Below are positions 36,581 to 51,246 of a DNA stretch of 64,000 nucleotides, piece by piece. Origin of the DNA: Octopus bimaculoides (Eukaryota); assembly GCF_001194135.2 (NCBI RefSeq), contig NC_068997.1, positions 56,437,578 through 56,501,577 of the forward strand, in the 5' to 3' direction. Made by a program: the position numbers and the translations under genes. Within the stretch, counting starts at the first letter, position 1; each line of letters starts with the position of its first letter. The notes beneath the pieces are model-generated. The model was not told the DNA's origin. It searched no databases and worked only from the letters and a program-made list of their open reading frames with translations.

Positions 36581-38064
36581 GCTGTGGGCAGTGTAGTGGT
36601 GTGAGAAGTTTATCATTGAGACTGAGAAAGCAAAAATGTGTGGAATTAATGTTATAGAATTGCGTGTGTAATAACATGGTAACTAGAATCATTAGTAGTT
36701 TATGCTAAGAAAGTATCGTCATGCTGTGTCTGCAAGTGAATTCTTCAACTGCACTGAGAAGGAGTCATTATAATTGAGACACTGCAGATAGAATCAATCA
36801 ATAGCAAATTCTTTAACACCAATAATGGCTACTGCAGGCAAATATCACATTTCTACAGTATTTATCAACATATATTAAATGTCTGAACACTTTCAGTAAT
36901 TTACAGCAGTAATTCATGCATGACATGTGTACACATGCGATTTATATGCTTATTTCCCTCTCATAAATATTGTATCTACATAGTCATTACTGTATGTCTG
37001 GCAGCCATTTTAGATTCTTGCATTTTACTGCAGAAAATTGAAGACGAAAGATTCTCAATGTTAAATAGCACTGGAGTCCATGTGCCTGTGTAATAATAAA
37101 TCAATAGTAAATATTATAGAGTTATATTTCATCACAACGCAGTCTATATACAAGGGAGAGAGACTTTCTACATTAAATAGCGGCTGTTCATTATAGCTGC
37201 AATTATCAGGGCTGATAGTATCCTTAAGTTTATAATAGTACAGAAATAAATTTCACTCGGCGCAAGACCAAAATATCGAATCTGTAATTTTGGCAATTGG
37301 CATTATACTTAGATCATTGTACAAGAAATATTTGTGTTAATAACATCAAAATTAAGTGACCGATTCCCCTGAAAGATGACCTCTGGCACTTGACCAATGT
37401 ATACTGGCAAATATCTTTAAAATATAAAAAGTATCACAATTACAGCAAAACATTTCTTAATGTTTGGCTTGTCATATCTATGCAAGGTGTTTGCTGTTAT
37501 TACTGGAATAAATTACTCATTAACCTCAAGGTAGACATTATATTATTAACAAGGTAATCGTCTGTTTCTATTCTAAGCTTTCTCCTCTTAGCTATTGTTA
37601 CTAATCCAGTTGATCCACAGAATTAACAATACTCACAAAATCTATGGTAATTTACCAACTTTTCAAACTTACTTGGGCAAAACTTCAGCATGATAAGCCA
37701 AAGAAAATTAAAAATTGAACTTTGGCCATACAGATCAGACACCCCCCCTCCAACAAACGATTTTTAATTTCATGATGAGGCTGCTTAATTTCAATTAAAA
37801 TTAGAATATTTATATAAAGGTATCATTATGTTCAACTGAAGCAAGAACAACTATAAAAATCAATCGATATCATTAGAAATATTAACATAATCAAGACTAC
37901 AAAACCAAACTACAGCTGTCTAGTGTGTCAGTCCGTCACTGCTATTGTTGGTCTGTGACTAGCAAAAGTTATAATTAATTATAAATCGCTTAACTTCATT
38001 AAATATGTAAATAGGCAGCAGATGGAGGCAGAGAGTTTGGTTGGTAAGACAAGAAATAAAGATA

Positions 38065-38515
38065 TAGCTTTCAAATTTTGGCACAAGGCCAGCAATTTGA
38101 GGGGAGGGGCAAGTCAATTACATTGACCCCAGTTTTTCACTCGTACTTATTTTATTGACCCCGAGGTGATGGAAGGCAAAGTTGCATTTGATGGAATTTT
38201 GAAGTCAGAATAAAGAACCGGAAAAATGTCCCATGAAGCCTTTAGTCTGACGGGTTAACATCTCTGCCAGGTTGCTACCTTAAAAGAGTTTGTGATATTG
38301 GTTTCAAATTTTGGCACAAGGGGCAGCAATTTGAAGGGAGGGACTAGTCGATTACATCAACGCCAGTGCCCAACTGGTACTTATTTTTTCGACCTCCCAA
38401 AAATCAAAAGGTAATGTCAGCCTTGGTGGAATTTGAACTCAGAACTAAAAGACAAGACAAAATGCTGCTAAGCATTTTGTGCAGTGTGCTAACGGTTCTG
38501 CCAGCTCATGGCCTT
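38065..38515 (-). mobile_element. Two adjacent CORE-type SINE copies (about 38065-38285 and 38295-38515)
   Basis: Both begin TTTCAAATTTTGGCACAAG..CAGCAATTTGA and contain the reverse-complemented CORE segment and B-box (GGAATTTGAACTCAG). Confidence 0.75.
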
Positions 38516-38854
38516 TATAAGAGTTTTGAGGTATTAACGAGAGTTTTGTGAAATGGCAAGTGTTGGAATGAGACCTGCCAGGAGTGATTTAGTTTCACTC
38601 TGTTTTATTCTATCTTATTTTTTTTTGTTTTTTTTTCTAACACAAGCATCTGTGACCAAAGCGTGTGACTGCTCTTGATTTGGGTCACAGCAGATGTCAT
38701 CACTGTTGCTAATGATGATGATGAATGGTGATTAATGATAATTAAAAGAAAGTACAAAAGTAAATAAGGAAAAAGATACAATAAATAAATTAAACAAAAT
38801 GATTGATTGACAAAAAAATTTATCGACTAAAAATGGCATAAAACTGCTGCTCCT

Positions 38855-39002
38855 CCTCCTCTCTCTTCTCCTCTTCTTCCACTTCCTCCCCTTCTTGCTG
38901 CTGCTGCTGCTGCTGCTGCTGCTACTACTACTACTACTACTACTACTTATAATAATAGTAATAATCACATATATATGTAATAATAATTATTATTATTATA
39001 AT
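38855..39002. repeat. (CTG)n/(CTA)n/(ATT)n compound microsatellite
   Basis: Directly visible. Confidence 0.9.
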
Positions 39003-39330
39003 TATGTTGCAGAATGTCTCAAGTTAGCTCCAGAAGAATGTGAAAAATGGGGGTGTTGTTCAGGGCCAGAACTGTAGTTGAAGACTATTACCAAAGCTGT
39101 CCCACAGAGGGACTGAACCCAAACCACCATAGTTATGAAATAAACCCCTTAACCATACGAACCATTCTTGCATCTTTATCTTGTATTTCTATTTGCTTTT
39201 CCCTCAATTTTTTTTTACTTCCATAATTTTGAGGGGGTTTTTTTTCTATATTTTGCCTAAAATAATATTTTCCCACCTAGCTGACTTGCACTAAACTCTT
39301 ATCTCTTTTTCACTTGTGCTTTATTCACTC

Positions 39331-39374
<44 letters not shown>

Positions 39375-42287
39375 GTAGTAGTATTATTATAATATTTATA
39401 TATTGCTGTTATTCATTTTTTGGGGAGTATATTGTTATTTAAGCAGGCAGGAAAATAAATTATCCAGCTGCCAAATAAACCAATTTTTTTTGGCTGTTAT
39501 TTTGCTGTAATGATGATGTTGTTATTGTTGCAGTAGTTGTTGTGGATGATGATGATAATGATGATAAAAGCACTGGTGGTTGTAGACGGGGCAGTTATGG
39601 TGGTGGTGGTGCGGGTGGTGAGGAGAACTGGGAGAGTGGTTGAAGTGGTAGAGGTGGTATTACTGTTGTTGTTTCTATTTTATCCCTTCATCGGCCCTGA
39701 CTAACCAGACCTATCATCACAAACATTCCAAATATGACCATTCCACTTAGTCTTCAATGTACTTAAGACAATTTAATCTGTATCCTGCCCCCCACTCTTT
39801 CTATTTTTCTTTCCGAATGGCTGAAGGATGTGACTTGTGGAAGATTTGGCTGCTATTTCTAGCAGGTTAACTGTTATGAAGTTCACCTGTCATTGGTCAC
39901 TCATCAATAGTAGTAGTAGTAGTTTAACTCTGCAGAAGACTTCACTGAAAAGAGTTATTACCATTCCATTAAAGACCAACCCTTTATATTTTACCTGACA
40001 TGGTGTATCTAAGACAACATTATTCAAAGTTCTTCCCTTTTTTAAAGTGGTACAGAGTAATTTGAAGGATATTTAGCTGCTATTTCTAGCAAGTGGACTA
40101 AGAACATGTTGGGCATTATAGTCCAGGGTATACTCAGCCAAGAATAAAATAATGTGGATGGTCCTAGCTGGAGTTTTATTCGATCACAGCTGATTACAGG
40201 TTAAAGACCAACAACGTATACAGCGTTTTGTGTCAGGAAAATGTTGCAGAATTTAGTTGTAGAAGAATTATTTTCCAAACACGACTCCTTTTAATGTGTT
40301 CTAGCTGTCATGGTGTTGTTCCACACAACAAGCAACAGCACAATTGTGCCCCTGACTTTTTATGCCTCTCAACACATTGATGCTTGCCAACCATTATACA
40401 TACATACATACATGCACATACATACATATATATGTATGTGTGTATATACATATGTTGAAAGATACATCTTGATACATTATTTGATAGGTAGATGGATAGA
40501 TAGCTTGTATGTATGTATCTATCTGTCTATTTATATATACACATATACACATCTGATATTCACACACACACGTGTGCAGGTGTGTGTGTTTGTGCATATG
40601 CTTCTCTGTATGCTCGCATAGAAGTGGTTGCAATGCTTGATTCTTGAATTATATTCACAGAACTGCTCAGAACCAACAATGGTAACATACTTCAAACAAT
40701 CACAAGCCCTTCAATGTCTCTAACTTAAAAACCTGCTCAAAACCCAAACTCTTAATCCACAATCTATTAGAAACACAACACTTTCTATTTAACTCACATT
40801 TCTTCGTTCTCTTTTACATTTATTTCTATTTTTTTCTTGTAATGTTATTATTATTATTATTACTTTCATTAATGCTGTTGTTGTTGTTGTTGTTGGTTTG
40901 TCCAGTCTGTCTGCTGCCAAGTTATACTTATCCAAGTTTAGACAATGGTGTTAGTACACAAGGAACCTAATTACAGCAAGTTCTATTCTGCTAATATATT
41001 TGATTTAAATATTTCTCCCTCTCTATTTCTCTCTCTCTCTCTCTCACCCACTTTTTTCTCATTTTTTCTTCTTCTTTTTTTTAGGTAATTAGAATGTATT
41101 ATTCAACTATTTTATAGAATACAGAGTTCTGATAATTCAGTAAGCTTTCAGAAAGATAGGTTTTCTTTCTTCTTTTTTTTTTATTTTATTTCATATAGAA
41201 CCATTCCTTGTGTGAAATGGAAAGAAAAAAGGTTAATAAATAAATAAGTAAAAGAGTCCCTCATTTTTCAGGAGTTTACTCACATTGTTATTCATACTTA
41301 AGTAATATCATTAAGAATAGAGAACTTGCTTCTAATGTACTGGATGATGTATAAAGCTATACACACACACACACATTCACAGAGACATAACTATACATCC
41401 ACATACAGACACACACATACACATACATATATACATGCATGCATGCGTACATACATACATGTATGTATATTTATATGTATGTAGCCAGGAATACAAATAC
41501 ACACTGACATAGAGTAACAGTGTCATATATGCACACTACATCACATACAAATGCATAAGCATACATATTTGTCTTAGTCTATTTATGTGAGTTTTTTTTA
41601 AGTTTGTGATCATGTTTTTCTCTTTGGTTAGGTACCCTATCTATGTCTTTTCCTCCTCTCTCTTTTCTCTTTGTCTCTTTCTGCCCTTTTAGTTTATGTA
41701 TGTATATATATATATATATGTATACATCTATATATATATATATATATCTACATATATATACGTATGTATATATATATATATCTACATATATATACGTATG
41801 TATATATATATATNNNNNNNNNNNNNNNNNNNNNNNNNNNNNNNNNNNNNNNNNNNNNNNNNNNNNNNNNNNNNNNNNNNNNNNNNNNNNNNNNNNNNNN
41901 NNNNNNNNNNNNNNNNNNNNNNNNNNNNNNNNNNNNNNNNNNNNNNNNNNNNNNNNNNNNNNNNNNNNNNNNNNNNNNNNNNNNNNNNNNNNNNNNNNNN
42001 NNNNNNNNNNNNNNNNNNNNNNNNNNNNNNNNNNNNNNNNNNNNNNNNNNNNNNNNNNNNNNNNNNNNNNNNNNNNNNNNNNNNNNNNNNNNNNNNNNNN
42101 NNNNNNNNNNNNNNNNNNNNNNNNNNNNNNNNNNNNNNNNNNNNNNNNNNNNNNNNNNNNNNNNNNNNNNNNNNNNNNNNNNNNNNNNNNNNNNNNNNNN
42201 NNNNNNNNNNNNNNNNNNNNNNNNNTGTATATATATATATATATTTATATATATATGTGAGTGTATAAAAGTATATTTATATATGTG

Positions 42288-42345
<58 letters not shown>

Positions 42346-42741
42346 TATAAAAAAATCATTTATGCCACACATAGATAGATAGATAGGTAGATAGGTAGAT
42401 ATGTACATGTGTATCTGAGTCGAGCATGGTATAGGTTCTTAAGTCAGTGCTATTAAGTGCTTGTATTTGTTTTGTTATTCAAAGATGGCATAGCTCCATT
42501 GGACCAAATAGTTCTTTAGAAATGGAACCACATCAATGCTACACACAACCAAACTAAGACCAGCCTTTCATCAGGCAACCAACTCACACAAAAGCGCTCC
42601 ACTATAAAGTCCTCAGGCTCCTTGCAGCATACGTTTCTTTTCTTTTGTACCCCCCCCACTAAGATATGTATTTATACATATGCATACATTCATAGATATA
42701 CATACACACATACACACACACATAGATAGGCATACATAGGT

Positions 42742-42795
<54 letters not shown>

Positions 42796-42899
42796 NNNNN
42801 NNNNNNNNNNNNNNNNNNNNNNNNNNNNNNNNNNNNNNNNNNNNNNNNNNNNNNNNNNNNNNNNNNNNNNNNNNNNNNNNNNNNNNNNNNNNNNNNNNN

Positions 42900-42939
<40 letters not shown>

Positions 42940-43344
42940 TTATACGCCCATATATGCACATATATTTTTACATACATATATATATAATTTTTTTGCAAAT
43001 TCTAACTATATAGTGCATATATCTACAAGCACATATATACATACACATATACACATACATATATACATGTGTGTGTGTGTGTGAGTCTGCCAATACTACA
43101 AAGACCTTTTATGGGGATTCTTGATCTGTGAGGTTCCTCTTTGATTGGCTCCTAGGTGGCTCCACCATATTGGAACACCACTTATATTGTTTTGCTGTTG
43201 TTTGCTGATGTCTGATTTCCCCATAATCAATTCTACAAAGCATGCAACAAATTTTGTTTAAAAATTCATTTGTCCTCGGAAAGTCTTCTAATCTGTTGAC
43301 CTCACAGCAAATTTTTTTTAAATTATTCACCTCCACCACCTCCA

Positions 43345-43387
<43 letters not shown>

Positions 43388-43417
43388 TATTTATGTATAT
43401 ATATATATGTCTGTATG

Positions 43418-43760
43418 CATAGCTGTGTGCTAAGAAGTTTGCTTTTCAACCAGATGGTTCGATGTTCAGTCCCACTGCATGGCACCTTGGGCAAGTATTT
43501 TCTGTTATAGCCTCGAGCTAACCAAAGCTTACTTGGTAACTGTCAGATACTAAAACTACCATGCTAGTTGTCTTTCAGCCTGCTAGAAATGACAACCAAA
43601 TCTTACTCAAATCACATAACATCTTCTTAAATACTGGGAAGCAACTATTAGACAGTAGTCCTAGATTCACCCTGAAAACACAGGGTGGTCATGCTTGGAA
43701 TGTCTTCCATCACAAGTCTGTTTGATGAGAGTTAACCTGACACTAAACAATAACAACAAC
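43418..43760. mobile_element. SINE family C head (+, 43418-43530) followed by a family D repeat (43570-43760)
   Basis: GTTCAGTCCCACTGCATGGCACCTTGGGCAAG; then CTGCTAGAAAT..CAACCAAATC, whose reverse complement GATTTGGCTGCTATTTCTAGCA also occurs at about 10440, 30820, 39842 and 40070. Confidence 0.65.
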
Positions 43761-45486
43761 ATCCACAACAACAACAAATAACAAACCCTTTCATCGTACA
43801 TTCCATCTGTTCTCATCTCACAGTTTATATGTTCTCACCTCCTCCTCTTTTTATCGCCCTCCACCCCCAATATTTATTGAAACCCAGAACCATTCCACTC
43901 TGAAGAAGAAGAAGAAGAGAGTAGAGTTTGAGAATGAATTCATCTGCCACAATTAAACGCCATGACCCTTCTTGTGTTCAGTGAACAAATGGAGATTTGT
44001 GTTATCACAGCAATCACAGACAAACACTTCAAACCTTACGTCAGTTCCAATTAAAAATACTCAATGCATGACTTGCTACAATACCAGTTCATATTTAATA
44101 ATTACTATTGCGTACCAGAAGTTGGTTCTCACCTTTTATTCTTTCACTGTACTGGCTTAGTGTCATAGCCCCGAATAATCAATAATTTATTAAAAAATTT
44201 ATTGAGCACTTTTACTGAAGAATACCAAGTTAAGAGAAATGTTGATGTTACTAATGACATGGATGGGACTAGAAATGTATTTTGGGTCTCGTAAGTTAAC
44301 TCTGTTGATCAGGAAGGAGGGTAGTGGTGGTGGTGGTGTGGTGGTACATCTCTATGATGGGCTTCCACACAGTTTCCAAACCAGGATGTGAGACAAATGG
44401 AATAGAACTTTGAACCATAAAGTTAAAAAGAAAGAACTTCTTAAACTCTCTCACGTCAATAAAGATTTATTTATGTGAAAGAAATGAAACTGAAAGAAAA
44501 TAAGAATCTCTTTGAGCAGAAATATATTATATTCATGTATGAATTATTGACTGATTGACCTTGAGATGGAAAGTGACAAAATCTTTGTAAATATCAGACA
44601 ACTCAAAGTTAACTAAAAATGAAGATTTTTCGTCACAAGGGTTGTCTGTTATGATTTTCAAATAATTCTGGCTTGACACATTTGTCTTGTCAATAAATAT
44701 GTCCAATAGCAGATAATACCTAGAAATAGTTTGAAAAGATAGCATAAAATAAAATATCATTTCAGCCAAAAATGGAGAGAATAGTGAAGTTAATCTAAAT
44801 CTCTAGCCTCGTGAGAGTAAAAATGGATTGGACTTGAAAGTGCAATGCTTAGCTTTTTCGTCTTTCACTAAATCTGTGACTTGTTGCACTTTGCAGAATA
44901 TCAATATATTGGCTGAACAAAAGATCTAACTTAGAGTAATTATAATGGCTTTATTTGGTCTTAGATTTATTTGCTTATTTTCAAGAGTGCTTTACAAATA
45001 GACTGCTTGTAATAATTCAGTTGTGTCTAATCTTAATATGTCCACCAAATAGAATTAATGCCATGAGGGTGCGGAGGGGATTAAAGTCTGGGTAAAGAAG
45101 GTGAGAGGTGAGTTTTGCAAAGGGAGTTATTCAATATATGATTCGATCTGATTAAGGCATTTCTCTTTATCCATTTCATATTATTTGCTGTTGACATTAT
45201 AAAAGCATTGCTATATCACACACACACACACACACACACACACAGCAGCAGCAAATGGCCATTCTTTGCTGCTTTTTATTAGGTATCTGCTTAAGTAATC
45301 ACACACCTAATCAAATAAGTTGTAGTTATTTAGGACATAATGTATCTCCTATGAAAAAGAGGCCTAATTCCTTCCAATAGATCGAGTTTATTACACACAA
45401 TGAATCGGTTTGACTGGATGTTGGTGTGTGTGGGAGTCAGAAGGATTAAAAAGCTATCAAATAGTGATAAAAGAGATTTATACAGA

Positions 45487-45545
<59 letters not shown>

Positions 45546-46249
45546 GAGAGAGAGAGAGAAAAACTGAAAGGGTAGAAGCTGCACTTATTGTGAGCACTTT
45601 CAGACAAAGCTTTTTTCAATTATAACATCCTGCTGATGACATTAAGCAGAGGAGATAACAATATTTATAATGTTGATTCTAATAAGTGCAGAATTTTTTT
45701 GGGAATCGTTTTGTATAAAGAGTTTAGGGCCAGCTAATTTTGATAACAATACACTGTTTGATAGCATCAACAATGATTATAATAAATGGCTTTTACAGTA
45801 TATGTATGTACACACACCTACATGCAGTTATATGCACATCAATATCATCATTTTATGCATAAGTACTTTCACTTACAGCATTAACGTACAACTTCACCGC
45901 CACCCATACTACTACTGCTAACCACCCGTATCCCCTTACACTACATCTCCATAGCCAGCACACTTGTTTTGATTTCTGTAGTGGCTATAGTGTTTGCATG
46001 GTAGGTTATTTGAAAATTGTGATATCAGCAGAAAATTGTTAATTCATCGGATTATCGCATGAAAGTGTATCATATTTTAGTGACTATTTTGTCATAGATT
46101 AATGGATTAGAGAATGAGATAAGAAAAGAGAAGGAAGAAAAGGCAAAAATTAACATACACAAACATACATGCACACAAACACACACGCACATGCATATGG
46201 ACATACATACATATATCAACAATATAACTGGTTAATTACTTGTTAATAG

Positions 46250-47075
46250 CTCCTAACGATATAATTGTTGATATAATTTCTGGAGGCAGTGAATGATGCA
46301 AGGCAGTAGTTCTTCAAACAAAACAGAAAAGATAAGAAACTGTTGCAATTTTAGGGGTTCATGAGGGGTTACTATTCCTGTTGTGGGTATTCTCTCACCT
46401 GTGAGAGATGTACCCACTGCTGAAATGATGAGTAAATCAATCCAGCCACCCTTGGTTCCTATAGAAAACCTGTGCACTCAGAGATTATCTGTTCTGGAGT
46501 TGTTCATCTAATTTCCTGATGTCTTTTAGTTCCTCTGTCGAGTATAGCTGCAAAGTAATCCTTTCTCTCTTTACTTTGCAGCAGTTGTTGTCTAAGTGAA
46601 GCACTGTGACTCTCAAAGACATCGAAACCCTAACCCTAACCCCCATCATTTAACATAGATGCTATCAGTGATGCAAAAGTTGTTTGCATCTTCCTAGTCC
46701 TAAAACACAGGTTGTACCTTTCTTCAAGTGTCTCTTCTAATATCCCAGATGTTGGTACCAGCATCGTGAGTTATAATTTCATGGAATGCAGACAACTCTG
46801 AATGGCAGAAAGCTCCAAAGTCTGCTGAAGAATTCTTTGGTCACTCAAGCTTTACTCACAGCATCAACATATGCAATATTCTCATCAGTTCCAAGATATT
46901 TGTAACATTCATCACAAAAGATAAACAGAGATAGAAATGCCATTAATATCCATATTCTTTGCCTGATCAACAACCTTCCCTTGTTTGACTTGCAAATATG
47001 CACACTTTTTAAATGAACTCTATTTCTGCGTCTCATGAGAATGTCGAGACCAATTCTAACTCCATGAATTAATTT
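46250..47075 (-). mobile_element. R4/Dong-clade LINE, RT C-terminal fragment
   Basis: HICKSNKGRL, ECYKYLGTDENIAY, HSELSAF, RTRK and a GG-G-like motif match R4-clade RT domains 6-7 and the thumb. Confidence 0.8.
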
Positions 47076-47902
47076 ATGCAAGACTGTATGCATATATGTA
47101 CACATGTATGTATGAATGCATACATACATATATGCATGCATCTATTTATACACATACATAAGTACATATGCATGTATGTATGTATCTACATATGAATGGA
47201 TGTATGGCTACATGCATATGTATATATACATCTATGTGTATATGTATGTGTGTATATGTATGTATATATATGTATATTATCCATGTATCTATGTATGCAT
47301 GTATATATGACTGTATATCATCTACACATGTATGTATGTGTGTGTATTTTTGAGTGTTTGTATGTTTTTGAATGATTTTGTTATGAGTGAATGTTGAATT
47401 ATTACCTCCAAATCATCGTTAGTAGAAATAGTCTATTTTTCTCTCCCTCGTTATGCGATAGTAAATATTTTCCCATTGATAAATCAGAAAGATAAATCAC
47501 AGATTTTCCCTGATATTCCTCCCTGAATGAACATTGAGAATTTATTTGGATTTCTGCCTCATTGAGTTGTCAGGAAGGGCAGCCAAAGTATGAGATTAAC
47601 GTTTGCTCCACTACGCAAACATTCACATTAAGAACCCAGTTTTTGCCATAAATACACACAGGCAAAAAGTAATGTCAACACATGACACACAGACTGGATT
47701 CTCTCACCATTTCAGGCAGGCATTCAGGTCTGTTTCAGGCCAACGCAGTGCCAAACCTTACAAGCTGCCATGTCTTACTTGCTCCATCAAATATTGAGAG
47801 TCAGTTTACAATTGCCGTGTTGTGGCCACTGGAATATTTAGTCAGTGTTTCTGTAACAAAGGTGAATGGATTCCAGTTCTGTATCTTGTCTCTTTACTTT
47901 AG

Positions 47903-48039
47903 GTTATGTACTGGAAGGCTACAGCTGGCCAGAAGAATGGCTCCCAGTTCCCGAGCGTAGCATTACAACAACAACAGCAACAACAATAACAACAGCAGGA
48001 GACATTATTTGTGATGATGTTTTCAAATTTGGTGTTTAA
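47903..48039 (+). other. Candidate exon ((G)YVLEGYSWPEEWLPVPERS...KFGV*), unverified
   Basis: Strong acceptor TGTATCTTGTCTCTTTACTTTAG; the phase-1 frame is open for 44 codons and runs into an (ACA)n tract. Confidence 0.15.
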
Positions 48040-48916
48040 CCCTGCTTTATTCTACATGACATTGATGATGATGATGATGATGATGATCAGCAGTGAAGCA
48101 GTATTGCTCTGTTGTCACGCCTTAGAGATGTTTCCCATTTCTGCTATATTGCAGAAAGTATAGAGAGCAAATTGCCTCAGGTTAATCATCATCATCATCA
48201 TCACCACCACACACCATCAGCACCGCTGCCGCCGCTGCTGTCACCACCTCTGCCACCACCACCACCACCACCACCACCATTACCTCATCATCATCATCAT
48301 CATTATCATTCTCAATTCATGTAGTGAGAAGATGTCACTTTAGCATCTCCTTTTGGAAATTTTTGTTTTTCTGTAAATTCAAACATTAGCAAATAGAATT
48401 TTCATGAATACTTGTAAAAGGACTCAGAATTGCCTTAGGAATGTTTTCCTTGGATACCCAAAGGTATACGACAGAGAAATGGGGGTTTCTTTCATAATCT
48501 TGTAAAATTATATTTACAAACATTACAATTTTATATCCAAAATGGCAAATACGTTTAATTATGCTACATACAAAAAAGAAAAACGTTACAATGGCAGGAA
48601 AAAATAAAAGGCAATACAAAATCAAAACACACAACTAAATGTAGATGGAGAAGAAGAAAAAGCAGCAGTTAATGAATGGAAATGTCCCAAATACTCAAAT
48701 CATTTGGGAAACAAGAAGAGGAATGACAACAAGAGAAGTTTTGTCTCTTTTGTGATTCCAGATAGTTCAGTCCATTCCCATAAGTGGTAAGAAACTCTCA
48801 AGAGAGCTGACCAGCAGAAGGTCTTCAAAGAAGAAACCCCACCTGAGGCAAGTGTTTTGGCCCTTAACTTCTCACACTCTTTAGGGGCCAAGCCACGTTC
48901 AGGTTATGACTCTTCA

Positions 48917-48957
48917 TTCCTTTCTGTCGAAGAGCATAGGCTCGAAATGTAAAAGAC
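48917..48957 (+). ncRNA. Variant minimal hammerhead-like motif, family 2 copy 2
   Basis: UUCCUUU-CUGUCGA-A-GAGC-AUAG-GCUC-GAA-AUGU-A-AAAGAC; GUA triplet retained. Confidence 0.5.
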
Positions 48958-49054
48958 TTTCTCACTTCCTGAGCGTTAAACTAATACATCTGTTTGTTGT
49001 TTACACACACGTCTTCGTCTTTTGGGTTTTTTGTAAATTCCAACTATAATTCTT

Positions 49055-49330
49055 TGGTGCCCATCTGCTGAAACTTTTTAGCCATTTGGATATCACAGAC
49101 TTGTGCATTTAAGCTGCTTGGAGATTTCATCTTGTGACGATTCCTTGCTGTTGACTCAGCTTTATCATATTATTTTACTGCATCTCTTCTGGTTTTGGAA
49201 TAAACACCCAGTGTCGTTGCATGTCATAAGATGTGAGAAAAGAAGTTGCTTTGGAAAATGGCATCCAGTTATAAAAGCATTACCTGGGAAAAAAAATGAC
49301 TCGTGATAAGTTCAATTTCAAACTCTGTTG
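49055..49330 (-). mobile_element. Tc1/mariner transposase N-terminal (paired-like HTH) remnant
   Basis: Frameshift-corrected IKLSQQ-G-SQDEISKQLKC-KSVISKW-KKFQQMGT matches Tc1 I-L---G-S---IA--L--S-S-V-----KF---G. Confidence 0.55.
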
Positions 49331-49624
49331 GTGCCTGAAAAAGTAACCCCTGTTATTTAACAAGGAAAATATCCTTAAAGTGTTTCTTGTTGTTTTTATA
49401 TTGATTGTGCTATTCCCACTGTGTTCTGTGTCGAATCTCTTTTAAAGCCCACTTTGTCTCTTTCATCCTTCTGGATTCAGTAACGTGAAGTACCACTTTT
49501 ATGCCCTTCCCAACATCTAATTGTACTTTAATTGAAATGCCTGTTGACAGCCAGGCAGTCTGAGCCAGTGAGTGTAATAGAAGTATCTTGACAACATGCA
49601 GATGAAAATACTTGAGTTCAAATT

Positions 49625-49780
49625 TGATTTTTTACCCTGTAATTTATTTCTTTATTGCCCACAGGGGGCTAAACATAGACAAACAAGGACAGAGAAAGGG
49701 TTTAAGTCGATTACATCGACCCCAGAGCATAACCAGTATTTATTTAATTGACCCCCAAAAGGATGAAAGGCAAAGTCGAC
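49625..49780 (-). mobile_element. CORE-type SINE 3' half
   Basis: Reverse complement of GTCGACTTTGCCTTTCATCC...TTTATTGCCCACAGGGGGCTAAACATAG. Confidence 0.85.
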
Positions 49781-50963
49781 TTGTAGCATTGTACTAGAAA
49801 TAATATTATTCATGGTGGTTTCATTCTTTCTTAGAAGCTTCATATTTTGGTAAAAGAAATTGTCAACTTAGCATAAAGTTTAATTTTTGTTGCAATCTCC
49901 ATTCCCCCCTCCTCTTCCTCCGCCATCTCTCTTGTACCCCAGTCATTAATTCATGCCAAAATTCCTGAAAGAAACTACTGCACTTTTATCTGGCAATCCA
50001 ATTTAAATTGCAACATTTTACATTTAATGTCACCAAAATTACTTTTCTATTGTTTTTCTCCTCTAATAAATTCTATGAGGAATTTCAACCCAAATCAGTC
50101 ATGAGTCTTCGACCAATTTTAGCTTCTTTACTTGATTGCTACCATTAACCCTGACCAAGTGAACATACTTAAGAACTTTCGCTCCTGCTCCTTCTGTCAT
50201 TTTTCTCATTATTGCAAATAATTCTTGAGTGTGAATGTCAAAGTAAATTAGTCGAGAGTTGGATGACTAATGCCTCCCAGGTGACACAGGGAGAAAGAAA
50301 AAGAAGGGGTTTAGATAGAAAGTTTCAGAGATTTGGCAGTGAATTTTGGAATAAATGGCATCAGTTAATGCTATTGGACCCAACAGTTTCTTTTATTTTA
50401 CCATGACAGAGCAACGAAATAAGAAGTGAGTTGGACTGCGATGGCCTGTCTGACCCATGCCAGCATAGAAAGTGGATGTAAAATGACAATGATGACAAAG
50501 AGAATGAAACATATGGACAAAAACATACATATCAACGCATGTGTGTATATGCATGCACAGATATGCACAGAGTGAATAGATCTTGGTTATTAAGAGATTA
50601 GAAGTTGACTCTAATTCTTTACATTTTCAATGTATCAACTTTCTGCCATAGCCTTAAGTAATTCATGATTAATATGATCATTTGTTGAGCCCTGATTAAG
50701 ACTAATTAGGTTCTCTCTTGTGAGGTACAAACCTGTCGTGTGGCATGTATATAGGTATGTGGTAAAGAAGTATAAACACCTCAACTAAGCAAAGCCTTAT
50801 CAGTGGATTTGGTTGAGGGAAACTGTAAGGAAGCCCACTGTATACATGCGTGCGTGCGTGTGTGTGTGTTTCATATGCATGCGAATATTCTTTGCATTTT
50901 GCTTAATTTTGTAATTTTTATACAAATTATATATTAGACCTCTCTCAAAAGATTTGTAAACAT

Positions 50964-50994
<31 letters not shown>

Positions 50995-51198
50995 GCTTAG
51001 AATGACCAATTACAAATACCATTGGAACTCACAGACATGGTACCGGAAACTTATATGCCTACCATTCTGCCTGGAAGGAAATAATGGAACTGCAGATACA
51101 ATATCCTTACGTATCTCACATCTGTTTTCATTCCTCCACGTTACTCTGTATTTCATATCTTCTCTAGAATAAATAATGCTTAACCATTTTCTCACACT

Positions 51199-51246
51199 GT
51201 CTCTGATGAAGGGTTATATAAAATATCTTGGAAACAGCTGTGAGTC
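51199..51246 (+). ncRNA. Degenerate minimal hammerhead motif, family 4
   Basis: GUCU-CUGAUGA-A-GGG..loop..CUU(G)-GAA-ACAGCUGU(palindrome)-G-AGUC. The cleavage nucleotide is G, which is disallowed, and stems I and II are decayed. Confidence 0.45.

Noticed and set aside
41643-42378. Long ORFs (190-235 aa) here and at 33724, 42659, 54189 and 55228-55879
   Set aside because: They are translations of (AT)n/(ATCT)n tracts and N gaps.
46626-46644. Telomere-like AACCCTAACCCTAACCCC
   Set aside because: Only about 2.5 units, lying within the Gly-rich motif region of the LINE remnant; not an interstitial telomere.
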